Shown here piece after piece: positions 27,276 to 38,427 of a DNA stretch of 64,000 nucleotides. Positions within the stretch are counted from its first letter, which is position 1. The number at the start of each line of letters is the position of its first letter. Made by a program: the position numbers and the translations under genes. The notes beneath the pieces are model-generated. The model had not been told where the DNA came from. It was given only the letters and a program-made list of their open reading frames with translations, and did no database searches. Location: IMG/VR virus record IMGVR_UViG_3300015214_000001, positions 32,001 to 96,000 of that record; one strand, 5' to 3'. This stretch comes from a virus. Lineage: Duplodnaviria > Caudoviricetes.

Positions 27276-29234
27276 TTAATCAGTGCGCTTTTTACTCCAA
27301 TCAATAGACCGAACTTCAAATGGCGAACTTACTCCATGCGATTGTTTGCGTTGCTTAAATGGGATTGGTGGCATTTTAGAATCGGTAGCGTGATCTTGAA
27401 TATCAATTAGCGCCATCCGTAATGATGGTGAGCTTCGATTATATCCCGAGCTATCTAATTCCAGCGAATAAATAACATCAACACGATCAAGTGTCATGTC
27501 TGAATCTAAAATATGTGCCATGAACCACCCATTTGCATTGACTTGGTTTCCCTTATCGTCACACAAAGTCATTTGCAGATGCTTCTTAGATTTACTCCAT
27601 GCTTTTGCATCCAAAACACGAAGGTTCTTTGTCACAATACGAATATTAGGGAAGTCCTTGCCATACGGTTCTAAATAGCGAATAACCTCATATAAGCTCA
27701 TATCAATTTCTGAAACATCAACTTCAATATCAGCTTGAATGGCTGCGGGTTGCATGTCTGCGACACTTGCATCTGCTAATGCGGTGATCGTGGTTACAAA
27801 CGCTTCCCTGTTCTTATCCAAGATACTAACGCCAACTGCCATATCATGCCCACCATGACCATTTAACAAGTGGTCACATGAGCGCAACGCATCAGCTAAA
27901 TTAAACCCATTAACAGACCGACCACTTCCAGACCACAATCTATCCATGTTATCTTCTTGATTGCCATCAACGCGGCTAGAAAACACAATGGCGGGCCTAC
28001 CAAACTTAGTGCCGATGTCATTAGCAATTAACCCAGATAGACCTGGTGGAACGCCTTCTACAAATTCGATAATAATAGATGGCAATCCGTGAGTATCTAC
28101 GTTTTTCTCTACAGCGCTAATAATACTTTCAGCATGTTTCTGTTGAAGCGCCTTGCGCTGTGTGTTTAAATCAACTACCTTGCGTGATAGTACTTCCGCT
28201 TCATCCATACTATCTGTCAGCAATAACCGCGTAGCTACGTTAGGGTCGTCAATGCGACCAGTGGCGTTAATCGGCGGGGCAATGCTAAACCCAATAGTTG
28301 TCGCATCCATCGCGTTAATGTCAATTGGATAATACCCATGAGCATCAGATGTGCAATATGCCTTCAAACCTAATGATGGTTCGGCATGGATACGAGCCAA
28401 ACCACGCTTGACGAAATCGCGGTTTTCAGGGGCGCTCATTGGCATCATATCAGCTACAGTGCCGATAGCCACGTATTCGATCAGGCTATCCATAACCGAT
28501 GCCTTCCTTGCTTTATCAATATTCGCTACATCATAAAGCGCATTCATGAATTTATATGCTACACCAACGCCAGCAAGCATATTAAAAGGGTATGTGCAAT
28601 CATTCTGCTGAGGGTTAATAACTGCTATTGCATCTAATGGCAAAGCAGTTGGGTCTACAGAGTGATGATCGGTTACAATCACGTCAATACCCAATTCAGC
28701 TAAAATTTTCACTTCTTCTCGAGCTTTAATGCCATTATCAACTGTGATAATGACATTGAGGCGCTCAACATTATATTGTTCTAATGTCTTTTGAACAACT
28801 TGGGCTTTAATGCCATACCCATCTGAACGTGTTGGGACTTTATAGATAAGGTTAAAGTGACCACCAACAACTGGATTACTTTCAGACACTAAGTTGAAGG
28901 GAATGTTTAAAATATTGCATAAACGAGTTAGCCCCTTAATCATAAGGACAGTGGATGTAATGCCATCGGCATCATAGTCACCAAATATCATCATAGTTTC
29001 ATTAGCATAGATGGCATTAATGATTCTTTGAACACCTTCTTTCATGCCCTTCATTTGGAAGGGGTCTGTATCATAGTCAATGCGATCATTTAAAATTTGC
29101 TCAATCGCTTGACGATTTAAACCTTGAGATTGAAAGTATTGCAATAATTTTGGGTGTAGTTGTAAGTCAACCATCGTTGCTTTAAATTCTTCTGTTAATG
29201 GTTGAGGCAATAACCATTTGTTTCTTTGTGTCAT
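27276..29234 (-). CDS. recJ: RecJ ssDNA 5'-3' exonuclease (DHH/DHHA1)
   Basis: GDYDADGITS, ITVDNGI, VTDHH, LAGVGVA, GTVADMM, INATGR, GSGRS, GGHDMAVG, LEPYG. Confidence 0.95.
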   Translation of the reverse strand: MTQRNKWLLPQPLTEEFKATMVDLQLHPKLLQYFQSQGLNRQAIEQILNDRIDYDTDPFQMKGMKEGVQRIINAIYANETMMIFGDYDADGITSTVLMIKGLTRLCNILNIPFNLVSESNPVVGGHFNLIYKVPTRSDGYGIKAQVVQKTLEQYNVERLNVIITVDNGIKAREEVKILAELGIDVIVTDHHSVDPTALPLDAIAVINPQQNDCTYPFNMLAGVGVAYKFMNALYDVANIDKARKASVMDSLIEYVAIGTVADMMPMSAPENRDFVKRGLARIHAEPSLGLKAYCTSDAHGYYPIDINAMDATTIGFSIAPPINATGRIDDPNVATRLLLTDSMDEAEVLSRKVVDLNTQRKALQQKHAESIISAVEKNVDTHGLPSIIIEFVEGVPPGLSGLIANDIGTKFGRPAIVFSSRVDGNQEDNMDRLWSGSGRSVNGFNLADALRSCDHLLNGHGGHDMAVGVSILDKNREAFVTTITALADASVADMQPAAIQADIEVDVSEIDMSLYEVIRYLEPYGKDFPNIRIVTKNLRVLDAKAWSKSKKHLQMTLCDDKGNQVNANGWFMAHILDSDMTLDRVDVIYSLELDSSGYNRSSPSLRMALIDIQDHATDSKMPPIPFKQRKQSHGVSSPFEVRSIDWSKKRTD

Positions 29235-29314
29235 AGTAATGCTCCTTATTAAATTAAATCGCCCCTTGCATGAATATCTCAGAAAGGGGCGATTAGGGTG
29301 ATAAAATATTATCT

Positions 29315-30460
29315 CTATCGGATAGCCATCGGCATAATTACATAAACGCGGTTATCAACGTCTCCTTCTGGGCGAATAGTGGCAGGGTGTGATGATCCAG
29401 CGCTTTCAATAACAACCCGTTCAGTTGAGACTACTTTAAGAATATCAAGTAGATACTTGATATTGAAGGATAATTCTAGCTTTTCACCTTCAATGAACGC
29501 ATCAACTACTCCCTCATTGTCGCCTGATTGAGTGCTTTTACTCGCAATTTTCAATACGCCGTGTTCTGTGTGTGATTGAGGCGGGGTGGCGGTTAAATAA
29601 CCACTAAAATAATTATCACGGGCAAAAATCTCTGCACGCTGACAAGCCTTGGCTAAATCTTCACGATCAGCCACGATTTGCGTATTATATTGGCGCGGAA
29701 TAATTGCGCGGAAGTCAGGAAAACGTCCTTCTAACAATTGAGCCGACATCGCAAAATTGCGCGTCGAGAATGTGATAATGTCTCGATCTGTTGGAAAACA
29801 AATTTCAACAGGGTTGTCATCGCCAGATAATAGTTTCGACAAAGTATCCAGAGATTTGGCAGGAATGACCATCTCAACTGGATTTTTGAAAGTTTCATCT
29901 AGCTTAATAGTAGCAACCGCTAGACGGTATCCATCAGCGGATGCCATAGTCATTGTGTCGCCTTCTAATAATGTGTAAACACCTGTCAGGATTGGACGAT
30001 TGTCGTCCGCTGCCGCAGAAAATGTGACGCTATTGATAATCACTCGCAGCTCAGAGGGGTTGAGAACCAAGTCAACTTGATTAACCGATGGCACAGAAGG
30101 AAACTCGTCAGCATCAATTCCTCGCAAGGTTGACTTTGATTTACCGCATTTCAACGTTGCGGATAATGTTTCTTCGTCTACTCTCAGATCAACCCGTTCA
30201 TTAGCCATCAAGTTGACTAAATCGCCAAGCGTCTTGGCTGGTAAGGTAATTGCACCAGCTGTTGCGATATTCGCGCCAACATAGGACGTAATTACTGTCC
30301 CGAGCGACATATTAACACTTGTTACTTCAAGGCGCGTTTCATCAGTTCTAATCAGCACATTGCCTAACACGGGCAATGTCGGACGCGACTCGATGTTTTT
30401 TGCCGTTGCTTTCAATGCTCGGTCTAAATTCTCTTTAATTACTGTAACAGAAATTGCCAT
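29315..30460 (-). CDS. dnaN: DNA polymerase III beta sliding clamp
   Basis: PTLPVLGNVLI, DADEFP, RPILTGV, ASADGYRLA, LLEGRFPDF, FNIKYLLD, YVIMP. Confidence 0.95.
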   Translation of the reverse strand: MAISVTVIKENLDRALKATAKNIESRPTLPVLGNVLIRTDETRLEVTSVNMSLGTVITSYVGANIATAGAITLPAKTLGDLVNLMANERVDLRVDEETLSATLKCGKSKSTLRGIDADEFPSVPSVNQVDLVLNPSELRVIINSVTFSAAADDNRPILTGVYTLLEGDTMTMASADGYRLAVATIKLDETFKNPVEMVIPAKSLDTLSKLLSGDDNPVEICFPTDRDIITFSTRNFAMSAQLLEGRFPDFRAIIPRQYNTQIVADREDLAKACQRAEIFARDNYFSGYLTATPPQSHTEHGVLKIASKSTQSGDNEGVVDAFIEGEKLELSFNIKYLLDILKVVSTERVVIESAGSSHPATIRPEGDVDNRVYVIMPMAIR

Positions 30461-30565
30461 TTATATGCTATGCTCCTTATTATGCTTTATGTTATTCTAT
30501 ATTGCCTATGCGTGATAAGCAATACTCAATTTCAGTCTCTTACAATATATAAGAGACTGAAATTA

Positions 30566-30591
30566 TAAAAACGTGGAATTCCACGTTTTTA
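30566..30591. repeat. dispersed palindrome, copy 4
   Basis: taaaaacgtggaattccacgttttta (perfect palindrome), upstream of dnaN. Confidence 0.85.
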
Positions 30592-30598
30592 CTTTGTT

Positions 30599-30880
30599 CT
30601 ACTCTTCTTTTGGCGTTTGGGCAACTTCTTGTTCAATCATTGTTTTTCGTTCTGGTTTAACATGCTTTTGATCTCTTGCTACCCATGCAAGAATATCGGT
30701 AATATCTGAATAGACATATACTGACACATGCTCCATCCCAGCTGAGAAAAGAACTAACATATCTTCATGTGGTTGAACTGTAATGTCGCCTACACTTGAA
30801 AAACGCGCAACAACCGAACCATCCGAACGCTCTGCAATCGGGATGACATAGTGCGTTGCTGGTGTGTGTATATTAGTCAT
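30599..30880 (-). CDS. hypothetical protein
   Basis: 93-aa ORF, aggag RBS. Confidence 0.65.
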   Translation of the reverse strand: MTNIHTPATHYVIPIAERSDGSVVARFSSVGDITVQPHEDMLVLFSAGMEHVSVYVYSDITDILAWVARDQKHVKPERKTMIEQEVAQTPKEE

Positions 30881-31247
30881 GCTTTACTCCTACATTAAAC
30901 CAATCACCAATGCTGATTGTCTCTCTCTTGTTAGATAAATCGTTTTTGAATTGTTCTGCTTCATCCTCGCTGAGGATTAAAAACATAAACTGAGGCTGAT
31001 CTATAATTAATACTGTGCATAAATCTGCTTGTTTATATCCACATACGCTTAATACCACATCTGGATCATAACCTTCCACTAATCGCTGGTGAAAGTCATT
31101 TATATCAATTTGAAGTTCGTCTAAATGTTGCCTCATTAATCCATTAACAACATTATTAACATCGGTTAAGTTATTGCGAGCAATTTCTAACAGAGCGTCG
31201 CTCACAAGTGGCGATAAAATACAATCAATGGGGTAATTAAGATTCAT
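30873..31247 (-). CDS. hypothetical protein
   Basis: 124-aa ORF in operon. Confidence 0.65.
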   Translation of the reverse strand: MNLNYPIDCILSPLVSDALLEIARNNLTDVNNVVNGLMRQHLDELQIDINDFHQRLVEGYDPDVVLSVCGYKQADLCTVLIIDQPQFMFLILSEDEAEQFKNDLSNKRETISIGDWFNVGVKHD

Positions 31248-31725
31248 CGCCTATTTCTTCACCCTCTAAATTTACGTTAAAAACTTCACTAAGATCAATT
31301 GCTGATGATGGCTCATCAAATAGTTCTTTTAATATCCGCAAAGCATTGCTATTTTCAGCAGATAAATCAATACTCTGTGCTAGAAACGCAACAGATGATA
31401 GCCGCGAATTAAGCATGTTGATCTCGTTAATTGCTTCAATGAGATGTATGGTCACACTTTGCATTAACTGTGGCGATACGGCCAAAAAACTTGCGTACAT
31501 GCTAGGACTAAACGATGTACTATCGTCATTGCGAACATCAGCGATAACAAGACGTTCACCAGTCGTCGCTGTAGCAACGATGTGATATTTGTCTTGGCGA
31601 CTAGATGGTTGCGATTTAATCTCGCTATCGACATCAATTCCGCTATCTTCAATGATTTCAAGAATTTTTTGTAATGCTTCTGTACTAGGATAAGACATCT
31701 TCTTCTCCCCCGCCTTGCATGACAT
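31237..31725 (-). CDS. hypothetical protein
   Basis: about 153-162-aa ORF in operon. Confidence 0.65.
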   Translation of the reverse strand: MSCKAGEKKMSYPSTEALQKILEIIEDSGIDVDSEIKSQPSSRQDKYHIVATATTGERLVIADVRNDDSTSFSPSMYASFLAVSPQLMQSVTIHLIEAINEINMLNSRLSSVAFLAQSIDLSAENSNALRILKELFDEPSSAIDLSEVFNVNLEGEEIGDES

Positions 31726-32212
31726 CTAATACCCTATTTTTATGCTTTTTTCGTTCAGCAATGCGCTTTGTAGCATCTGCAATCTTACCGAACGAATTAA
31801 AGCCCTTGAGACTTTCATGTAGTTGTGCAAAGGTCTCAGTGGTCAGAACACGTTGTGTAGCATCTATAATGCGTTTTTGTTCTGAATTAATAACCAACAA
31901 ATCACGTAAATCTTGATCCGAAGCATTGCCACTACTTCCTTGACTTCCGCCTAAATCCATATATTTCACAAGATCAATTAAAAATCTGTGTGTTTCGGAA
32001 ATGAGCTTCAATGCTCTGGTCTGATCGTCATAGACATCTTCAATCAGACCTTTTAATTCGCTAAGATCATCCTGTGTGCTTTTAGGAGTTTCAGTTGGTG
32101 GCACAATAGAAATTCCTTCTTCATAGGGGTAAGGCATCTCTGGGGCATCAAGTTCTTCTTCTGTGTTGTTTAAGTCGCTTGTCATCGCGCTATTCTCCAT
32201 TTTACAATACAA
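31685..32212 (-). CDS. hypothetical coiled-coil protein
   Basis: about 166-175-aa ORF. Confidence 0.65.
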   Translation of the reverse strand: MYCKMENSAMTSDLNNTEEELDAPEMPYPYEEGISIVPPTETPKSTQDDLSELKGLIEDVYDDQTRALKLISETHRFLIDLVKYMDLGGSQGSSGNASDQDLRDLLVINSEQKRIIDATQRVLTTETFAQLHESLKGFNSFGKIADATKRIAERKKHKNRVLDVMQGGGEEDVLS

Positions 32213-32279
32213 GAACGGCTAGAACAAAGATTCTAACCGTCGAAAGTGTAACACAAGTTTTATTTAATGTCAAAACAAC

Positions 32280-32612
32280 CTATCTACGCAAATATTCCCT
32301 GCCAACTTCGGTAATCCGACACCCTTCAAAATGGGTGTCGGGCTGATGGTTACGCATTCTGTGTGATACATCTCTAAATAAGCTCTTTGACATTTCATTA
32401 AAGAACCATATCTCATGCTTTAAATAACCCATTGCTACCAATCGAGGCAACAACCCATATTCCTCAGCGCTCATAGAGTGTTGTTGCTGATTATATGGGA
32501 TAAAAAATAAACTACCACCACTCTGATTGCTTACTTTACGTAAAAAACTGATTTCTCTGTCTGACAACATAATCATTTTCTCTCTAATTTGTGATAAATT
32601 TTTATTCGCCAA
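32280..32612 (-). CDS. hypothetical protein, possible winged helix
   Basis: LSDREISFL...LVAMGYL...RITEVGREYL pattern. Confidence 0.6.
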   Translation of the reverse strand: MANKNLSQIREKMIMLSDREISFLRKVSNQSGGSLFFIPYNQQQHSMSAEEYGLLPRLVAMGYLKHEIWFFNEMSKSLFRDVSHRMRNHQPDTHFEGCRITEVGREYLRR

Positions 32613-33606
32613 TAACTCTACATTTAACAGTTGATATATCTATGTCTACTAAAGCATCACTGTGGTTAAATAAGTAACTCACTCCCCCGCTAATATCAAA
32701 ACCTTCAATATCGCCACCAGTCATAACAAGCGCTTCATACGTGTTAGCGAAACTTTCACTCAAGGTCTTTGGCCATTTCATGCTCTCGGGTATCTCAAAA
32801 GCGTGTTTAAAATGACCGCACTCATGAGCCATAACAGTTTTAAACACCTCGAGTGTCATTGGCATATATGACTGTTGTGCTACATCACTATATGCAATGC
32901 TAAATTCCTTTGATGGAACAACATATATTGTTATCAGTGGATTATTTTGATTTTCGTATGTAGCAAATGTTCCTTGTGGGCTGCTCTTTGGTTTTTTCTG
33001 TAGTTGAACTGTCACAGGATCGGTGACACCTTGAGCATGAAGGCGTGCAATTTCTTCCAAGATAATCACTTTATATTCTGCAAAATTATCCAATGCGGTT
33101 GGTGACACAGGCAAATATCCTTCACGCACTTCAATCACACACTCATATTCTTCACTGGCCAACGCATAGCACGATAAGTTATGAATGATATTGTAATCAT
33201 CTGGCTTTTCGTCACTAGGTTCACCAACGGTTTTATATATATAGCTTCTAGTGGCTAGTCGCCATTCTTGTTGCTCATTGTCATTTACTTCTTTGTCGTA
33301 AAAACCCATCAAATGAAAAATTAAACTTGAATATAGACGAGCAACTTGCACGACAAAATCAACATCGGTTATAGCAGTGTCAATGTAAATTGTTGCTGTA
33401 AAGTTATTGCCAACCTTTTTAATACATTGATCCGCTTTTCCCCTAATCATATTAAACGTGATCGTCAGCGATGAGCCATCTGGCAAATCATCTTCCTCTA
33501 AGATCAAACTGTAAATTTCATCCATTACTTCGCGCCGATACCCACTATGTTGATAGTGGGATGATACATTCAATTTTCCAACTTTATATATTTCTCTGAA
33601 TTCCAT
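32602..33606 (-). CDS. putative zincin metallopeptidase-domain protein
   Basis: VMAHECGHF (HExxH) followed by SESFAN. Confidence 0.6.
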   Translation of the reverse strand: MEFREIYKVGKLNVSSHYQHSGYRREVMDEIYSLILEEDDLPDGSSLTITFNMIRGKADQCIKKVGNNFTATIYIDTAITDVDFVVQVARLYSSLIFHLMGFYDKEVNDNEQQEWRLATRSYIYKTVGEPSDEKPDDYNIIHNLSCYALASEEYECVIEVREGYLPVSPTALDNFAEYKVIILEEIARLHAQGVTDPVTVQLQKKPKSSPQGTFATYENQNNPLITIYVVPSKEFSIAYSDVAQQSYMPMTLEVFKTVMAHECGHFKHAFEIPESMKWPKTLSESFANTYEALVMTGGDIEGFDISGGVSYLFNHSDALVDIDISTVKCRVIGE

Positions 33607-33767
33607 ATCTTTGTCTTTTCTTAATTAGATATTTTGTCAGATGATACAGACTGAGGTAATAAGTGTCAATAGCGACTTTCAAAGTAGGTTTAAAAGGGTG
33701 GTAAAATGATATACATCACTTAGAGCATATATGCTCACTATTTTATCCATATGGAGTTACATAAATC

Positions 33768-34205
33768 ATGGAATTTGACTTAAGTGTTGTTTTAGGGCAA
33801 GTTATTTTATATTTAGGTGCTATTGGTGGTTTAGCGGCCGCAGTCACACTGGCAGTTGAACATATCAAGGCATTGGGATTCCAGACACTGAAAGAACAAT
33901 CAAGTGACACTACCTATTTATGGGTTATTTATGCCACACGATTTGTCTTGACGCTGTTTGGTTATTTCTATATTTGGGGTGGCATTGCAACAATTAGAGA
34001 ATTGTTGCCGATCTTCGCACCAGTTCCAGATCACGGATTAACAATCATCACTATTTTGCTTATCGTTGCTGGCGAGGAAGTTATCCATAATCTATATGAT
34101 CGTATGGTGCTTGCTAAAGAAGCCTATAGTAGCGCTGTTAACGAATTGGAAAATGCAGGCAATACAAGCTATAATACCAGAGATGACATTGACGCATTAG
34201 GTTAA
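33768..34205 (+). CDS. multi-TM membrane protein (holin-like)
   Basis: three hydrophobic helices, charged C-terminus, ggag RBS. Confidence 0.55.
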   Translation: MEFDLSVVLGQVILYLGAIGGLAAAVTLAVEHIKALGFQTLKEQSSDTTYLWVIYATRFVLTLFGYFYIWGGIATIRELLPIFAPVPDHGLTIITILLIVAGEEVIHNLYDRMVLAKEAYSSAVNELENAGNTSYNTRDDIDALG

Positions 34206-34303
34206 TGTCATCTCTGCCCAGAATAAGTTTTGCTATATCATAAGCCTCTTTTATTAGGGGCTTTTTATTCGCTTAATTTCCTCATCAACTACAGGAGTAT
34301 GCA

Positions 34304-36790
34304 ATGTCTTATAACCCCGATAACCGAACAAATTTACCACTTGGAAAAATTCCTCAAGACTTAGCCACATATACAGTATCTCTAACTGATAATAGCAGAA
34401 CTGTGATGGAAAAAAGATATGTAAGAAAAAACGAACATGGAGAATTATCTGAGACTATTCAAGATGTATTTTGGAGAGTGGCTAGTAATGTTGCTGTAGC
34501 CTACAACCAAGGGGATGCCGCTATCGCGTTGGCGCGAGAATATTTCAAGATGTTAGCTGATCTCGATTTCTTACCTAATACACCAACTTTCACTGGCGCA
34601 GGAACACCGTTAGGCAATTTATCAGCTTGTTTTGTTTTACCACTTGAAGATGACATGGGTAAGTCAGATGATGGTATTTTCCAAACCTTGCGAAATGCAG
34701 CATTAATCCAGCAAGCAGGTGGTGGGAATGGGTTTTCATTTAGTAGACTACGAGCAAAAGGTGCATTAGTAAAGTCATCAAATGGAGTTTCTACTGGGCC
34801 GATTGGATTTTTGCAGGCTTTTGATAAAGCGTTTGATGTGATTAATCAAGGTGGCGTTAGACGCTGTGCGAATATGGGCGTTTTAAGTGTTCATCACCCT
34901 GATATTAAAGAATTTATCACATGCAAAGCCGACGAGACTTCTATCACTAATTTTAATATCTCCGTTGCAATCACTGATGATTTCATGGATGCGGTTGTCA
35001 ATGATACTGATTATGATTTAATTGAGCCTTCCACTGGTGAAACAGTTAAACAATTACGCGCACACGATATTTTAGATTTGATTGCAGAATACGCGCACCG
35101 CAATGGAGAGCCTGGCGTGCTATTTATGGATCAAGCTAATCGAGGAAACCCAATTCCTCACATCGGCAGATATGAAGCAACAAACCCATGTGGTGAACAG
35201 AATCTTTTAGGCTATGAAAGTTGCAATCTCGGGTCGATCAATCTTGCTAACCATGTCAAAGATGGCGCAGTAGATTGGGATAAACTGCAACGAACAATTG
35301 AAATGGCAACTCAATTCCTTGATAATGTCATTGAAGTCAATAAGTATGTAGAAGCCGTTCCGCAATTACGTGAAGCGGCTTTGCGATCACGTCGCATTGG
35401 ACTTGGTTTTATGGGACTAGCCGACATGATGATCCATCTCGGTCTGCGCTATGGTAGCGTCGAAGGGCAAGAGTTTGCTGGTCAAATTACCGAGTTTATT
35501 CGCTATCACTGCATGAAAACAAGCGTAGAACTAGCTAAGAAGTTTGGGTCATTCCTAGCGATAGAAGGAAGTATTTATGATCCCAATAATTTGACTTGGA
35601 TTCCTCCATCGCCATTAACCCCATATCAGCACTTAGAGCGATGGAATCGTCCTGTTTTTAATTGGACAGAAATAACAGAAGGAATTCTTAGATATGGCAT
35701 CCGCAATGCTGCTCAAACTACAATCGCGCCTACAGGAACAATTGCCACTATTGCTGGTTGTGAAGGTTATGGTTGCGAGCCTATCTTTGCATTAGCTTAT
35801 GTCCGCCATGTTCTTGATGGTGAGACACGCTTCACGCTAAATTATGGTAGTCCATTGTTACAGAGAGAATTAACTAATCACGGGTTATCAGAAGAAGATA
35901 TTGCAAAAATCGTAGAGCAAGTAAACCATAGTGGTAGTTGCCAAAATGTTTTACTTATTCCCGAAAAACGTCGTAACTATCTAGTCGTTAGCGCTGACAT
36001 TACACCTGATGAACACGTTTTAATGCAATCTAGCATTCAAGCCTTTATTGATAACAGCATCAGTAAGACTATTAACATGCCATCAAGTGCTACAATTCAA
36101 GATGTTAAAGATGCTTACGTTCAAGCATGGAAGCAAAAATGTAATGGTCTGACTGTTTATGTCGCAGGGAGTCGAGAAAAAGAGGTTTTACAAACAGAAG
36201 CCACGCAAGCTAAAACTCAAGCTACGCAAGAAACTTCAACGCCAGCTTTACCTAACTATGCCAATAGTGTGAAGTTAGCAAGACCTAAAACCCTAACAGG
36301 CTATACGCACCAACTCAAAACACCTGCTGGAACAATCTATTTAACTATCAATGAAATTGAAGATGGGGATGATAAACAACCATTTGAAGTGTTTATTAAC
36401 AGCGCTAAAGCAGGGTCTGAAATTGCTGCAATATCAGAGGCAATCGGGAGACTAATATCGTTGTTATTACGCCAACCTTCTAACATCCCTCCAATTGAGC
36501 GTGTTCAAGAAATCGTTGAGCAACTCAAAGATATTGGTGGTGGGAGATCATTAGGTTTTGGCCCTAGTCGCATCAGTAGCTTCCCTGATGGTGTAGCTCA
36601 TGTTCTACAACAATATGCTGATAGATACAATCACAAATTGTCAGAAACTGTATCACAGCCATTCGCAGTAAACAATCAGCAACAGTATAACATCCAACTT
36701 GGTGACATCTGTCCCAGTTGTGGAGAGACAACGCTTATTCGTAGAGAAGGATGTATATCTTGTCACTCATGTGGATATAGCGAATGTTAA
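34304..36790 (+). CDS. nrdJ: class II (B12-dependent) ribonucleotide reductase with C-terminal TSCPD/Zn-ribbon region
   Basis: FLPNTPT, LSACFV, GGGNG, QGGVRRCANM, TNPCGEQ, CNLGSINL, TIAPTGTI, ISKTIN, C-terminal CPSC...EGC..C.SCGYSEC. Confidence 0.95.
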   Translation: MSYNPDNRTNLPLGKIPQDLATYTVSLTDNSRTVMEKRYVRKNEHGELSETIQDVFWRVASNVAVAYNQGDAAIALAREYFKMLADLDFLPNTPTFTGAGTPLGNLSACFVLPLEDDMGKSDDGIFQTLRNAALIQQAGGGNGFSFSRLRAKGALVKSSNGVSTGPIGFLQAFDKAFDVINQGGVRRCANMGVLSVHHPDIKEFITCKADETSITNFNISVAITDDFMDAVVNDTDYDLIEPSTGETVKQLRAHDILDLIAEYAHRNGEPGVLFMDQANRGNPIPHIGRYEATNPCGEQNLLGYESCNLGSINLANHVKDGAVDWDKLQRTIEMATQFLDNVIEVNKYVEAVPQLREAALRSRRIGLGFMGLADMMIHLGLRYGSVEGQEFAGQITEFIRYHCMKTSVELAKKFGSFLAIEGSIYDPNNLTWIPPSPLTPYQHLERWNRPVFNWTEITEGILRYGIRNAAQTTIAPTGTIATIAGCEGYGCEPIFALAYVRHVLDGETRFTLNYGSPLLQRELTNHGLSEEDIAKIVEQVNHSGSCQNVLLIPEKRRNYLVVSADITPDEHVLMQSSIQAFIDNSISKTINMPSSATIQDVKDAYVQAWKQKCNGLTVYVAGSREKEVLQTEATQAKTQATQETSTPALPNYANSVKLARPKTLTGYTHQLKTPAGTIYLTINEIEDGDDKQPFEVFINSAKAGSEIAAISEAIGRLISLLLRQPSNIPPIERVQEIVEQLKDIGGGRSLGFGPSRISSFPDGVAHVLQQYADRYNHKLSETVSQPFAVNNQQQYNIQLGDICPSCGETTLIRREGCISCHSCGYSEC

Positions 36791-36837
36791 ACAAAAAGGG
36801 GGTGGAGAGCATTAGTTCTCCACCCCCCCTTTTTGTT
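36790..36837. terminator. bidirectional terminator between nrdJ and the C5-MTase
   Basis: AACAAAAAGGGGGTGGAGA / TTCTCCACCCCCCCTTTTTGTT; arms carry G5 versus C7. Confidence 0.8.
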
Positions 36838-36910
36838 CTATTTTACAATGAAGTTAAGCACCACCACATAATAATATAAAATACTGATTAGTAGTAGTTT
36901 TAATAAATTC

Positions 36911-37932
36911 TCAAATTGCTGATAGTTCATCTGTCGCATTAGTTTTCCCTCTCATACCAGATAGAGATTTGAATACTTCTTTCCCTATAGCATAAGCCAT
37001 ATTTACAGGAACTGCGTTGCCAATTTGCCGATACTGGCTACTCATGCTGCCTGCGAATTGCCAATCATCAGGGAATGTTTGAATCCGCGCATTTTCGCGC
37101 ACACTCATCGGTCTATCTTCTAAAGGATGACAACGCTCTGTAAATCGCTGGCTTGGCGCTGTTAACACTGTTAAACTAGGCTCATCCATGCTTAGTCGCC
37201 TTAAAACACCATAACTCCCGCCATGAGGAATAATCTTTTCAACATAATCTTGAACGATCTCAGGTGGGGCATGTCGCCAATGTCCACCTTGTGGGATATG
37301 GCTAAATAGGCGTTTCTTAACATCTGGGTACTTCGCGCATAAACTGTCTGGCACATTTTTAATAACATCACCCAATACTGGCCTATTTTGTAATGGGGGG
37401 GGTAATTGAAGTCAATATCAAGATCATATCTTGTGCCGATCAAAATTGCGCGTTCTCTTTTCTGCGGAACATTGTAATCCCACGCATTTAATACTTTCCA
37501 GACAACTCTATAGCCAATATCTTCAAAAATAGACAGAATTGTATTGATTGTTCTGCCTTTATCGTGCGTTGCTAAACCTTTGACATTCTCAAAAATAAAC
37601 ATCTTAGGTTTGAAGTGCTGCAAGAAACGAGCATACTCATAAAACATCGTTCCACGTACATCTTCAAACCCCATCTTTTTACCAGCATAAGAAAAACTTT
37701 GACATGGTGGCCCGCCAGACAAAACATCAATTTCACCATTATATACATCGCTAGGATCAACTATTGCGATGTCGTTGCATACCACGTTCCAATCAGGCCG
37801 ATTGATCTTGAGCGTATTTGATGAATGTTTATCGTTATCAATCGTTGCTACGGCATTAAAACCAGCCATTTCTAACCCCAACGCAAGGCCACCTGCACCA
37901 CAGAACAATTCCAACACAGTTGGACTACTCAT
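36911..37932 (-). CDS. C5-cytosine DNA methyltransferase 1, frameshifted at a C8 tract (plus-strand G8, 37395-37402)
   Basis: ELFCGAGG, GGPPCQSFS, FENVKG, PQKRER in 37932-37403; RPMSVRENARIQTFPD and YRQIGNAVP in the next frame. One extra C joins them as YPPPLQNRPVLGDVI. Confidence 0.9.
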
Positions 37933-38278
37933 TGATTCGCCTTTCTTCTAATTCTCTCCATTGTGTAAAATGGCCATGTACAACTTTAATAGCAATGTTG
38001 ATGTCATCTTCATTAGGTTTACTATCAAAAGGAAACGAAAATGCCATTAACTGAGGGTTAGCAGCATTATGATGTTGTTGGCCATCGTAAAAAGCGATCC
38101 TTACCATGATATATGCGTAAATGCTACCTTTTATATCGCTATGTAACATCGCTGAATTTTTTGCGATACCACGATAGACATGGTGAGTCTTATTCAACAA
38201 AGGATGTTGATAGTTCACCATGTCATCAATAAGAGATTGTATTTCAACTTCGTTAGATGTTAACGTTTCTGACTTCAT
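37925..38278 (-). CDS. hypothetical protein
   Basis: 117-aa ORF. Confidence 0.6.
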   Translation of the reverse strand: MKSETLTSNEVEIQSLIDDMVNYQHPLLNKTHHVYRGIAKNSAMLHSDIKGSIYAYIMVRIAFYDGQQHHNAANPQLMAFSFPFDSKPNEDDINIAIKVVHGHFTQWRELEERRINE

Positions 38279-38427
38279 TTGCGTGGAGGATTAGCTTTAA
38301 TCGCCGTTTTTGTTCTGTTAACAAGGCTGGCATGATTAGTAGCCTTATTTGAAACGGCGCGAGACTTCATAGATGCTAATACTAAGAAAAATAGAACAAA
38401 GACAATAAAAATCAGTGATAAGAGCAT
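38275..38427 (-). CDS. small single-TM protein (50 aa, below the ORF-track cutoff)
   Basis: MLLSLIFIVFVLFFLVLASMKSR...PPRK-stop fills the gap exactly, with overlapping start/stop on both sides. Confidence 0.55.
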   Translation of the reverse strand: MLLSLIFIVFVLFFLVLASMKSRAVSNKATNHASLVNRTKTAIKANPPRK